Assembly: GCF_000017945.1 (NCBI RefSeq)
Contig: NC_009776.1
Span: forward strand, 1,110,001 to 1,142,000
DNA: 32,000 nt
Reading direction: 5' to 3'
Source of the DNA: Ignicoccus hospitalis KIN4/I
GTDB lineage: Archaea > Thermoproteota > Thermoprotei_A > Sulfolobales > Ignicoccaceae
In this document: one piece after another, positions 24,025-31,603 of the stretch
How the letters are laid out: every line of letters begins with the position of its first letter
Position numbering within the stretch: the stretch's first letter is position 1
The notes under the pieces: generated by a model
The model's database searches: none
The model's input: the letters and a program-made list of their open reading frames with translations, nothing else
Told to the model about the DNA's origin: nothing
Position numbers and translations under genes: made by a program

Positions 24025-24537
24025 GTGAGGGGAAAGGCGTTGAAGAAAGTGTTACCAGTACCCAAGGAGTTCAAGCCCGGAGACCGCTTCGTGGCTGTGG
24101 GAACCTTACCCCTCTGCGAGGGCTGTATGCTCAAGGAGAGGTGCGAGGAGTACAAGCGGGGCTGGATTTACGAGGTGAAGGGCAAGGTAGGACTGGTGGA
24201 ACACGACTGTAAGGTACACGGAAAGGTGGTCATGGGAGAGGTGGAGGAAGTAGGGATACCCTTGATCTTGCCAAAGAGGTTAGCAATCGAGGGGGCGACT
24301 GTCGAGTATACGCCCTCCAAGTGTACTAACAAGAAGTGCCCGCACTGGAGGGACTGCACCGCCCCTTGGGGGGAGAGGGTGAAGGTGAAGGTGAGGGAGG
24401 TCCTCGAGGAGGTCCAATGTCCCTTGGGACTCCCGTTGGTAAGGGTGATCGGCGTGCCCGTGGAGGTTAAGAGGAGAACCAGGAGAAACATTAAAAAAGG
24501 GAAGGGGGGTCACGGAAAACGGGGGTTGGCCCCGTAG
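24025..24537 (+). CDS. UPF0179 family Cys-rich protein with basic C-terminal extension
   Basis: KPGDRFVAVGTLPLCEGCMLKERCEEYKRGWIYEV...HDCKVHGKVVMGEVEE...KCPHWRDC matches, from memory, the archaeal UPF0179 pattern. GTG start. The last roughly 20 codons run through the tRNA promoter and 10 nt into the tRNA. Confidence 0.7.
   Translation: MRGKALKKVLPVPKEFKPGDRFVAVGTLPLCEGCMLKERCEEYKRGWIYEVKGKVGLVEHDCKVHGKVVMGEVEEVGIPLILPKRLAIEGATVEYTPSKCTNKKCPHWRDCTAPWGERVKVKVREVLEEVQCPLGLPLVRVIGVPVEVKRRTRRNIKKGKGGHGKRGLAP
24490..24499 (+). promoter_or_regulatory. TATA-box candidate for tRNA-Arg, embedded in the UPF0179 coding tail
   Basis: ATTAAAAAAG is centred about 33 nt upstream of the mature tRNA 5' end (24528), an appropriate spacing for an archaeal promoter with a short leader. 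Confidence 0.5.
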
Positions 24538-24624
24538 CTCAGCCAGGACAGAGCGCCGGCCTCCTATCCCGTGCGGGGTTGGGAAAGCCGGTGGTCCGGG
24601 GTTCAAATCCCCGCGGGGCCGCCA
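24528..24624 (+). tRNA. tRNA-Arg (anticodon CCU) with a 19-nt intron at the canonical 37/38 position and encoded CCA
   Basis: Hand-folded. Acceptor GGCCCCG/CGGGGCC. D-arm GCTC-AGCCAGGACA-GAGC. Anticodon stem CCGGC/GCCGG with loop CT-CCT-A, then the intron, then A. Variable loop TGGTC. T-arm CGGGG-TTCAAAT-CCCCG. Discriminator G, then CCA. Confidence 0.85.
24567..24585 (+). other. tRNA intron
   Basis: 26 nt lie between the anticodon-stem halves where 7 are expected. The insert TCCCGTGCGGGGTTGGGAA contains a CCC-GUGCG-GGG hairpin and a GGGA segment complementary to the UCCU of the anticodon loop, consistent with a bulge-helix-bulge-type substrate. Confidence 0.7.
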
Positions 24625-24852
24625 CGGCCTCGCCGGGCTCCTACACTTACCCCCTCTCCCGACCCTCCCGAAAGGGGTCTCAGAACGCGTAGCGACCGAA
24701 CTCACGATCCCTACTGTCGCCACGTCCTCGCCCGCTAGGCAATCTCGTGCTAAAAGACAGGGTCGACGCCTCGGCGTAAGCGTTTGATCCGTTGGACTTT
24801 GAGGAAACAATAGGCGTTATGTAACTGTCAGTAGGGACCGTAACTACGTTTT

Positions 24853-24895
24853 GGCGCCAAGTTGAGTACGGCAAAACCCTTCGAACTTGTGCGCC
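24853..24895 (-). terminator. Stem-loop immediately 3' of the PAP2 gene / end of the ribosomal-protein transcription unit
   Basis: On the minus strand, GGCGC-AC-AAGUU...AACUU-G-GCGCC forms two 5-bp helices, with a UUUU run in the loop. It starts at the stop codon. The function is inferred. Confidence 0.3.
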
Positions 24896-25416
24896 TAAGC
24901 GCGCTGCCCCCTCAAGGCTCCTACCCTCTCCAGCAGAACCTCCCATAAGTCGCGGAAGGCCAAAGCGCTCAACGCTCCTCCCACTACGTCCAGCGGGTAG
25001 TGCGCGCAGAGCTGAACGCGCGACCACGCGACCAGAGCCGCGTAGGTTAACATAGGGTACCTCCAGACCCCTTCGAGCTCGAGCGCCAGCCAGAAGGCCC
25101 TCGCCGTGTGGCCGGAGGGGTAGCCCGGGGTTAGGTGGCCAGAGCCCTCCGGCCTGGGGGTGTGGAACGAGTACTTGAGGACGAGCACGAACGCGTTCAG
25201 GGCGAGCCCCTCTAGCACTATTTTGTAGTCTTTCCTAACGTAGGCTAGTATAGCCGTGTAGAGGAGGAACGGGAAGAAGTTCATAGTAGTGCTTATCCAG
25301 AAGGCCACGCTCTCAAGGCCGGGTAGCTTGAAGCAAGGCACGGACGTCGAGAAGGGCGCCAAGGATACCAATAAGAAAGAGCTAAGAAGCGGCCTCCACT
25401 TCCAGCTCCTCGCCAT
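24895..25416 (-). CDS. PAP2-family (type 2 phosphatidic acid/undecaprenyl-PP-like) membrane phosphatase
   Basis: All three PAP2 motifs are present: KYSFHTPRP (KxxxxxxRP), YPSGH (PSGH) and SRVQLCAHYPLD (SRxxxxxHxxxD). The protein has several TM segments. The start at 25416 overlaps the L15 3' end by 35 nt, so the start is uncertain. Confidence 0.85.
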   Translation of the reverse strand: MARSWKWRPLLSSFLLVSLAPFSTSVPCFKLPGLESVAFWISTTMNFFPFLLYTAILAYVRKDYKIVLEGLALNAFVLVLKYSFHTPRPEGSGHLTPGYPSGHTARAFWLALELEGVWRYPMLTYAALVAWSRVQLCAHYPLDVVGGALSALAFRDLWEVLLERVGALRGQRA

Positions 25417-25828
25417 CGGGGGTTACCACCTTCCCCCCGGCGGCCTTGACCTTTTGAATGGCCTTCTTGCTCGCGAACGCAACTATTACAGTGTAGCTCC
25501 CCTTGACCTTCCCGAAGCCTAACAGCTTGTTGTAGCCCATGGCTGCTAAGTCTATCACGTTTGTGTTCAGTTTCCTAGCGAGTTCGTCGAGCTCTCCCAC
25601 GTTGATTTCCTTAATTTCCACTCTGTCCTCGGGGGGCAAGTGGAAGCCGTACTTACCGAAGTAGCCCGGGCTCTTGGCGGTGACCCACGTCCAGAAGTGC
25701 TTGTGCATGCCGGCGCGGCCGAACCCTCCGCGCGCGCCGCTCCTGCGGTGCTGGCCTATCCTGCCCCAGCCCATAGTTCTGGTCCTTCCCCTCAGCTTCC
25801 TGCTCTTCCTCCTACGCCTTACCACCAA
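25382..25828 (-). CDS. rpl15: 50S ribosomal protein L15 (uL15)
   Basis: MVVRRRRKSRKLRGRTRTMGWGRIGQHRRSGARGGFGRAGMHKH is the canonical uL15 N-terminus. Confidence 0.95.
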   Translation of the reverse strand: MVVRRRRKSRKLRGRTRTMGWGRIGQHRRSGARGGFGRAGMHKHFWTWVTAKSPGYFGKYGFHLPPEDRVEIKEINVGELDELARKLNTNVIDLAAMGYNKLLGFGKVKGSYTVIVAFASKKAIQKVKAAGGKVVTPDGEELEVEAAS

Positions 25829-25877
25829 AGTTACTCACCCCGGCCGACGGGCTTTCCAATGTTTTAGGCCTTTGTGG

Positions 25878-26357
25878 TCAGAGCATCCTCAAAACCAGTT
25901 CGTTTATGGCCTCCCCGCGGTAGCCGGCCTCCCCTCCGGAGCGGTAAGGCTTCTTGATGCTCTTCTTGAAGCCGCCCCTGGGCGGGTGTAGCCTGAAGAA
26001 GGGCTTGATCGCCTCCTGCTTGTGAAGCACCACCTCGCCGTTAATTATCTTCTCCGCGAGCTCTTCGAAGCTGTTCACCCCGAACTTCTCCTTTATGTAC
26101 TCTGGGGTGAGCTTCTTGTCGCCTGGCGCCCTCCCCCTAACCTCCAAGAGCTTCGCCAGCACGTCCTTCCTTATCTCGCCCCAAGTTATCCACGCTTGTG
26201 CCTTCCTCAGCATGCCTTCGAGGCCCGGCAAGTCCGCCGGGTAGACCACGGCCGCATACCTCCTCAACAGCCTCAAGTTCTCCAGAGTCTTCCTCACGTC
26301 CGGGTGCGCGTCAGGCTCTCCCTTTATCCTAATAATTAGGTACAACTTCTTGCTCAT
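25878..26357 (-). CDS. rpl30: 50S ribosomal protein L30 (uL30)
   Basis: LYLIIRIKGEPDAHPDVRKTLENLRLLRRYAAVV is typical of archaeal L30P/L7e-type proteins. Confidence 0.95.
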   Translation of the reverse strand: MSKKLYLIIRIKGEPDAHPDVRKTLENLRLLRRYAAVVYPADLPGLEGMLRKAQAWITWGEIRKDVLAKLLEVRGRAPGDKKLTPEYIKEKFGVNSFEELAEKIINGEVVLHKQEAIKPFFRLHPPRGGFKKSIKKPYRSGGEAGYRGEAINELVLRML

Positions 26358-26370
26358 CCCTCAACACCCC

Positions 26371-27006
26371 TCACTGCTGTTGTACCCAGTCCCACGGGGC
26401 GAGGAACTTGTAAGTCTGCTTCAGCGCGTTGAAGGTAGCCTTGGCGAAGTTGTGGGTAGTCCTAGTTTCTCCTTCCGTGTGCGTCCAGACGTCCTTGATC
26501 CCCGCGTACCGAAGGACGGCCTTCGCGACGTCACCCGCCACCAGCCCGGTGCCTCTCGGCGCGGGCTTGAGGATCACCTCGACGCTGCCGCTCTTGCCCC
26601 TTACGGTGAAGGGCACGCTGTGGGGCTCCCCGCATGTGCACTCCCAGCTGCCGCACCCCCTCCTGACCGGAGTTATGTTGAGCTTGGCGTTCGCGAGCGC
26701 CTTCTGTATCGCGAACCTCATCTGCTTTGCCTTGCCCATGCCGAGGCCGACCAGGCCGTCCTCGTTGCCTATTACGACCAGCACCCTAAGCCTAGTGACC
26801 CTTCCGGCGTCGGTCACCTTCTGAACCAAGCTGACGTCCAATACTTCGTGCTTCAAGTCCGGAACCAGATAATCTACTATCTCCGGCTCCAATATCGGCA
26901 AGTTCTTCTCGAAGAGCTCGTATATGCTAGTTATCTTGCCTTCCTTAACCATCCTCCCTACTCTGGTCCTCGGGACCCACTCCTCCGCGGAAACGGTCAC
27001 CGCCAC
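26371..27006 (-). CDS. rps5: 30S ribosomal protein S5 (uS5)
   Basis: [20 protein letters not shown]...[17 protein letters not shown]...RGTGLVAG are uS5 dsRBD and C-terminal domain signatures. Confidence 0.95.
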   Translation of the reverse strand: MAVTVSAEEWVPRTRVGRMVKEGKITSIYELFEKNLPILEPEIVDYLVPDLKHEVLDVSLVQKVTDAGRVTRLRVLVVIGNEDGLVGLGMGKAKQMRFAIQKALANAKLNITPVRRGCGSWECTCGEPHSVPFTVRGKSGSVEVILKPAPRGTGLVAGDVAKAVLRYAGIKDVWTHTEGETRTTHNFAKATFNALKQTYKFLAPWDWVQQQ

Positions 27007-27012
27007 TTCGCG

Positions 27013-27627
27013 TCACCCCGTGGTGGCGGGCTGCTCCACCTTATAGTCTTCGAGTATCTTTGCCTTCACTTCTTCGAAGTGCTTCGGGTAGTCCTCCGGT
27101 TTGAGGCCCCTTTCCAGCAACTTGGCGAACCTCCTCTGGTACTCTTCCGGGTTCTCGTTCTTCAAGCTCTCCGCGTAGGAAGCTATGTGTTCGCCCCTTA
27201 TCCTGCTCTCGTCGGGGACCACGTCTCCCACGGGCACCTCTAGCCCGACGTCGTTGGCCGCCTTTATCGCCGCAAACACTCTGGCGCCCTTAGTGGGCTT
27301 GTGTAAGCCTATGTCCGGGACCGCGTATTGTATTCCGGCCTTCTTCGCCCGCAAGGCCGCTAACATGCCGGTCAAGTAGACGGCGGGCAAGGAGTTGCCG
27401 TAGCCCTTCCAGCCGTACTTCTTCTCGAGCTCCTTCGAGTGCGCAGCGGCTATGACCTTGTCCCCTTCGGGGGCGAACTCGATCACTTGTACCCACACGT
27501 ACTTGTTGCTCTTCCTCACCACGAACCTGGGCTTCCTCGAGAGCGCCATGGTGTAACGCTTGTAGTAGTTGGTCTTCCCTTCCCTTCTCCTCCTTCTGGG
27601 AACTTTGTACCTAGGCCCCCTTGCCAA
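27013..27627 (-). CDS. rpl18: 50S ribosomal protein L18 (uL18)
   Basis: [49 protein letters not shown] is the archaeal L18P/L5e N-terminus. Confidence 0.95.
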   Translation of the reverse strand: MARGPRYKVPRRRRREGKTNYYKRYTMALSRKPRFVVRKSNKYVWVQVIEFAPEGDKVIAAAHSKELEKKYGWKGYGNSLPAVYLTGMLAALRAKKAGIQYAVPDIGLHKPTKGARVFAAIKAANDVGLEVPVGDVVPDESRIRGEHIASYAESLKNENPEEYQRRFAKLLERGLKPEDYPKHFEEVKAKILEDYKVEQPATTG

Positions 27628-27628
27628 C

Positions 27629-28081
27629 TCACTTCACCTCTATGCCGTACCTCTCCCTCAAGTAGGTCTTTAAGTTACTTAAGCTATCGAACATGCCACC
27701 TTTAGCCTTCATGTATAGCTCTCTGTAAGTCCTCCTGTCTATTACCTCGTGGTCCCTCAAGTACCTCAAGAACCTCCTTATCTTCCTTATCCTGTTCATC
27801 CAAGCTTCCTTGGGGTCCTGACGGGCGCTGGCCTTGCCCTTCCTCTTGCCGTAACCCCTCCTCCTCCCCTTCTTCCTCTGCTCGTGGCGTACCTTCCACC
27901 TTGCCCTGCTGTTACGCCTCTTGGGCTCGACCTTGATTGCTCCTTCCTCTATTAGGCGCCTTACGTCCTCCTTGGAGACGGCCTCGGAGACGTCGGCCAG
28001 CCTTGTGGGGTCTATCCAGATCCTACTCTCCCCGACGCCGAGGATCTCTGCCGCTAACCTCGCGACCTTGTCTGGCCTCAC
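27629..28081 (-). CDS. rpl19e: 50S ribosomal protein L19e
   Basis: [19 protein letters not shown]...[25 protein letters not shown]. Confidence 0.95.
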   Translation of the reverse strand: MRPDKVARLAAEILGVGESRIWIDPTRLADVSEAVSKEDVRRLIEEGAIKVEPKRRNSRARWKVRHEQRKKGRRRGYGKRKGKASARQDPKEAWMNRIRKIRRFLRYLRDHEVIDRRTYRELYMKAKGGMFDSLSNLKTYLRERYGIEVK

Positions 28082-28524
28082 GCCTCTACACCCCCGTTGG
28101 CCACGCGGACGCCCAGTTCTTGAGCCCTCCTAATTATTTCGGCCCTCTTCTTCTTCCCTACGGATGAAGCTATGTAAACTATGTGTTTCTCCTTGTCGAC
28201 CTTCTCAAGCTCCTTCACGTTGTGAACTATGACCGGCTCCAGGCCGCTGGGGTGGAGCCCCCTAACCTCCTTCGGGGTGCGGTACCCTACCTTGACTATT
28301 GGAGGATAGCCCTTGAGCTGCAACCGGGACTTGTTGTCGTTGCCCTTGGGCTTCCTCCACTTGTAGCCCCTCTCCAGCCGGAAGTACCTCCACCAGTGGT
28401 ATCGGATGAACTCCGGCAAGTCGTTTCTAAGCTCTACTGCCTTCTTCATAGCCTTCCTTTTCTTCCTTATCTCCTTCAGAACTTGAGCCCTCTTGTTGAG
28501 GGCTTCTCTCAGCTCATTGGACAT
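28078..28524 (-). CDS. rpl32e: 50S ribosomal protein L32e
   Basis: WRKPKGNDNKSRLQLKGYPPIVKVGYRTPKEVRGLHPSG. There is a 4-nt overlap with the L19e start. Confidence 0.95.
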   Translation of the reverse strand: MSNELREALNKRAQVLKEIRKKRKAMKKAVELRNDLPEFIRYHWWRYFRLERGYKWRKPKGNDNKSRLQLKGYPPIVKVGYRTPKEVRGLHPSGLEPVIVHNVKELEKVDKEKHIVYIASSVGKKKRAEIIRRAQELGVRVANGGVEA

Positions 28525-29084
28525 TACGACATCACCTCCCTGGCGTATATGTAGATACCGTCCATGAACACCCTGCGGTCAAACTCGGTTATTTTAGTAG
28601 CTTGCTCTATGTTGGCGGCAGTCTGAGCTACCTTCTCTATGTCGGTCCCTTCTATTATCACGTCCCTACCTTGGACCTTGACGGTGACTCCGGGGAGGAC
28701 CTTGGCCACTCTGGGGGCCTTCTCACCGATGAAGTTGTGTATTTCAACTCTGTCCCCGACCACCTTGACGCTTATGGGGAAGTGAGAGAACACTATCTTC
28801 ATCTTGTAACGCCATCCCTTAGTGACGCCGGTAATCATGTTCTTTATATGGGCCGCTACGGTGTTCACCAACGCCTTCCTCTTCCGGTTGGCGAAGAACG
28901 TCTCTACGAGGACTTGCTTCTTACCTTCTTCCTCAACGACCCTTATCCTTATTCCCTTGGCGTGGGAGAAGTCCCTCTCCAACTCGCCCTTGGGGCCCCT
29001 TACCTTGACCTTGCTGCCCTCGACCTCCACTTCCACGCCCTCAGGCACGTCCACGAGCGCGTGCACCCAGACGGCCTTTGCCAT
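28524..29084 (-). CDS. rpl6: 50S ribosomal protein L6 (uL6)
   Basis: [27 protein letters not shown] plus a duplicated uL6 domain pattern. TATA-like TTATAT (minus strand, 29117-29122) lies about 35 nt upstream of the ATG. Confidence 0.95.
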   Translation of the reverse strand: MAKAVWVHALVDVPEGVEVEVEGSKVKVRGPKGELERDFSHAKGIRIRVVEEEGKKQVLVETFFANRKRKALVNTVAAHIKNMITGVTKGWRYKMKIVFSHFPISVKVVGDRVEIHNFIGEKAPRVAKVLPGVTVKVQGRDVIIEGTDIEKVAQTAANIEQATKITEFDRRVFMDGIYIYAREVMS

Positions 29085-29146
29085 TCTACGCGACCCCGGG
29101 GAGCGATGCTGTGGGGATATAAGGGGTTCTCCACACTTTGACCTTT

Positions 29147-29152
29147 AAAAAA
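29147..29152 (-). terminator. T6 run directly after the aSUI1 stop
   Basis: The minus strand reads GAGGCCCCTTTTTTAAAGG starting right after the stop at 29160. Confidence 0.4.
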
Positions 29153-29159
29153 GGGGCCT

Positions 29160-29474
29160 CTAACCGACGATGACTATGTTTTCGGGAGGGTATCCCATCT
29201 CCTCGAGCAGCTTCTTCACCCTGTCCCTGTGGTCCCCTTGAAGTTCTATCCTCCCGTTCTTTACGGTCCCTCCGGTGGCCAGCTTGCTCTTGAGTTGTTT
29301 AGCCACCTTCTTCAACCTCTCGTTGTCTAAGTTGAGGCCTTCGATTATGGTCACTTCTCTGCCCCACTTCCTCTTTTCCAGCTTTATCTTTATCAGCTCT
29401 TGTTGATCCATCATTAGCTGTTCACAGACCTCCGGAGGGAGACCTCCGCACACCGAGGGGTCCAACGTCCCCAT
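29160..29474 (-). CDS. Translation initiation factor aSUI1 (eIF1 homologue)
   Basis: [19 protein letters not shown]...[40 protein letters not shown] is the SUI1 domain signature. Confidence 0.9.
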   Translation of the reverse strand: MGTLDPSVCGGLPPEVCEQLMMDQQELIKIKLEKRKWGREVTIIEGLNLDNERLKKVAKQLKSKLATGGTVKNGRIELQGDHRDRVKKLLEEMGYPPENIVIVG

Positions 29475-29507
29475 GTTCAGCCCATCGGGAGTAGCCTTGA
29501 ACTTTAG

Positions 29508-29515
29508 TTTATAAA
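29508..29515. promoter_or_regulatory. Palindromic TATA box candidate shared by divergent aSUI1 and rpoP
   Basis: TTTATAAA lies 34-41 nt from the aSUI1 ATG (29474, minus strand) and 13-38 nt from the two candidate rpoP GTG starts (29528 and 29546). Confidence 0.45.
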
Positions 29516-29527
29516 GAGTTACCTACG

Positions 29528-29716
29528 GTGTACCGGGGGGTTAAGGTGGACGCCTCGCCGGTCAAAGACGTGTTATATAAGTGCGCCGCGTGCGGGTACG
29601 TGGCCAGCAAAGACGAGCTGGAGAGGCTGATGATGGGCGTCCGATGCCCGAGGTGCGGGTACAAAATATTGTACAAGATACGCACTAGCGGTAGGACCTA
29701 CTTCAAGGCGGTATAA
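29528..29716 (+). CDS. rpoP: DNA-directed RNA polymerase subunit P (Rpo12/RPABC4)
   Basis: YKCAACGYVASKDELERLMMGVRCPRCGYKILYKIR is the zinc-ribbon RpoP signature. Given the TATA position, the start is more likely GTG 29546 than GTG 29528. Confidence 0.8.
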   Translation: MYRGVKVDASPVKDVLYKCAACGYVASKDELERLMMGVRCPRCGYKILYKIRTSGRTYFKAV

Positions 29717-29823
29717 GGATGATCGGGTCCTCGAACTCTGAGCGGTGATGACTGTAGCCCGCGAGTGACTTTCTAAGAGCTCCGGCGCACTCCTCCCGGT
29801 GCCCCGAGGGCTTGAAGGGAAGT

Positions 29824-30393
29824 ATGAAGTTAACTTTGTTCACCAAAGACGCCTTGGACTTGACAAAAGTCGTCGGAGAGATGGTCAGAAAGGGGTTCTG
29901 GACGGCCAAGGTCGTGCCGGCGGAAGGGGGCTTCGAGATCCTCTCGCCTGAGCCAGGCTTGATAGGGGCCAAGGTCGTTGACGACCAAGTCTCCTACAAG
30001 CTGTACGCGAGCAACGAGGGCAGTTCGCTCACCCTCTTTGGCGACTTGGACAGACCGTTCCTCAAGGTGGCCGAGCTCGTAGGGCTCTTGGCCGCCGGCG
30101 GGTGCGGGGAGGAGTGCATAACTGCTGCGGAGCTCACGGCGAGCGTGAGCGCCGAGGGGTTCTGCAGCTTCGGTCAGATAGAGCTGGAGAGGGTAGGGAC
30201 CCTTTCGGTATCCGGGCTGGTGGCTAGGAAAGAGGGAGAAGTCGTCAGCGTCGTCCCTTTAAACGAGAACTCGTACTTAATGGTGTACACCGTCAAGGGC
30301 GACTGGAACACCGTTAAATCCCGAGCGTTATCTTTACACGCCCTCTTACCCCAAACGCTTGAGGTGGTCAAGAGGTGGACTTGTCAGCAATAA
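29824..30393 (+). CDS. Hypothetical protein (189 aa), no family recognised
   Basis: ATG 29824 (TTG 29812 is an alternative). Codon usage matches the neighbours. It overlaps the next gene by 19 nt, suggesting co-translation in one operon. I see no motifs I can place. Confidence 0.55.
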   Translation: MKLTLFTKDALDLTKVVGEMVRKGFWTAKVVPAEGGFEILSPEPGLIGAKVVDDQVSYKLYASNEGSSLTLFGDLDRPFLKVAELVGLLAAGGCGEECITAAELTASVSAEGFCSFGQIELERVGTLSVSGLVARKEGEVVSVVPLNENSYLMVYTVKGDWNTVKSRALSLHALLPQTLEVVKRWTCQQ

Positions 30394-31121
30394 AGGTAAT
30401 AGCAGCGGACGTGGACGGGACCTTAACCGAGGGCGTCTCGTTCTTACTCGATATAGACGCAATAAAGGCGTTGAGGGACTTAGAGAGGCACGGGCTGAAA
30501 GTGATCTTGGTCTCGGGAAACAGCAGGCCAGTAACCTTAACCTTGAAGAGGTACTTGGGGACCAGCGCTCCGGTAGTGTTCGAGAACGGCTGTGGTTACG
30601 GGGACTTCACGTGGGAAGAGACGGTTCCCGACAAGTCCTCTTGCCTCGTGGCGAGGGAAGCGGCAGACACGCTCTTGAAGGTTCTCTCCGTCAAGGGTTG
30701 GAGGCCCTCGTGGCAGAACCCCTGGAGGAAGTGCGACTTCGCGATCAACGCTCCCGAAGGGAAGACCTCCGAAGAGGACGCCAAGAAGGCTTACAAAATA
30801 TTGGAAGAGCTGGGTTACTTGAAACAAGGGCTCGCGGTCTTGGTGAGCAGACACGCCGTCCACATAATGCCCAAGGACTGTGGCAAGGGTAAAGGAGTCA
30901 AGAGGGTAGTGGAGAAGATGGGTTACGACATGAGCGAAGTGTTGGCAGTTGGCGACGCAGAGAACGATCTAGAGATGATAAAGATGGCCGGCGTGGGCGT
31001 GGCGGTCGCGGACGCCCAAGAGGTGCTCAAGAGGGAAGCCGACATAGTGGCCCCGGAGCCCGCGGGCAAGGGCTTCGCTTGGATAGCGAAGAAGGTGTTG
31101 GAGGCGAAGCGCTCGTCCTAA
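30375..31121 (+). CDS. HAD-superfamily phosphatase, archaeal phosphoglycolate phosphatase-like (Cof/IIB type)
   Basis: HAD motif I (AADVDGTLTE), motif II (VSGNS), GTSAPVVFENG as in archaeal PGP, and motif IV (GDAENDLEMIKMAGVGVAVADA). Confidence 0.75.
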   Translation: MDLSAIKVIAADVDGTLTEGVSFLLDIDAIKALRDLERHGLKVILVSGNSRPVTLTLKRYLGTSAPVVFENGCGYGDFTWEETVPDKSSCLVAREAADTLLKVLSVKGWRPSWQNPWRKCDFAINAPEGKTSEEDAKKAYKILEELGYLKQGLAVLVSRHAVHIMPKDCGKGKGVKRVVEKMGYDMSEVLAVGDAENDLEMIKMAGVGVAVADAQEVLKREADIVAPEPAGKGFAWIAKKVLEAKRSS

Positions 31122-31603
31122 CTTACTGTACGAAGAGGAAGAGGGGGAGCCCCGGGAGGGCCTCCGAGGTCTACGCGGGGCCCGTAAGGAACTTGTTTGT
31201 TTTGGCCGAAAGGTTGGGCGCGCGGTGCTTCGTGCTCAGCGCCAAGTATGCCCTAATAGAGTGCGACGCCCGTGTAGAGCCCTACGAGCTCTACCTAGGG
31301 GAGCTGGGTCCCGAGGAGAGGGAGCGGCTAAAGAGAAGGGTAGGAGAGAGGTGCGACGAGCTCCGAGGTCCTTGGTACTTGGCGGTGGTCAACTTGAGCG
31401 GGCGGTACTCCGAGGTCTTCCCGTGCCGCGTGGAGGCGCGCTACGCTGTAGTAATAGGGAAAGTTGACGTGGTCTCGGCCGAGAAGGCCCTCAGGTTGGT
31501 GCCCAAAACTATAGGCCAGCGCAACTCGGCCTTGAAGGCCTTGGGGAGGGCGAGGAGCCTTGAGGACGTTATTCGACTTATTGAGGAGGGAACTTTCCAC
31601 TGA
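31079..31603 (+). CDS. DUF6884-like hypothetical protein
   Basis: YCTKRKR...EVYAGP...FVLSAKYALIE...EPYELYL resembles, from memory, the CSxxK...LY.G..F...ILSAKYGL...PYD pattern of DUF6884. The only canonical in-frame start is TTG 31079. The ORF overlaps its neighbours by 43 nt at the 5' end and 44 nt at the 3' end. Confidence 0.45.
   Translation: MDSEEGVGGEALVLTYCTKRKRGSPGRASEVYAGPVRNLFVLAERLGARCFVLSAKYALIECDARVEPYELYLGELGPEERERLKRRVGERCDELRGPWYLAVVNLSGRYSEVFPCRVEARYAVVIGKVDVVSAEKALRLVPKTIGQRNSALKALGRARSLEDVIRLIEEGTFH

Noticed and set aside
24280-25027. ORFs 24280-24810 (-) and 24680-25027 (-) spanning the tRNA and the spacer.
   Set aside because: They are antisense to UPF0179 and the tRNA or out of frame with PAP2. 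The products are R/P/G-rich and no start signals are present.
29703-29972. 89-aa minus-strand ORF between rpoP and the hypothetical gene.
   Set aside because: It overlaps the 3' end of rpoP and the 5' part of the plus-strand ORF. It has no recognisable signals or motifs.
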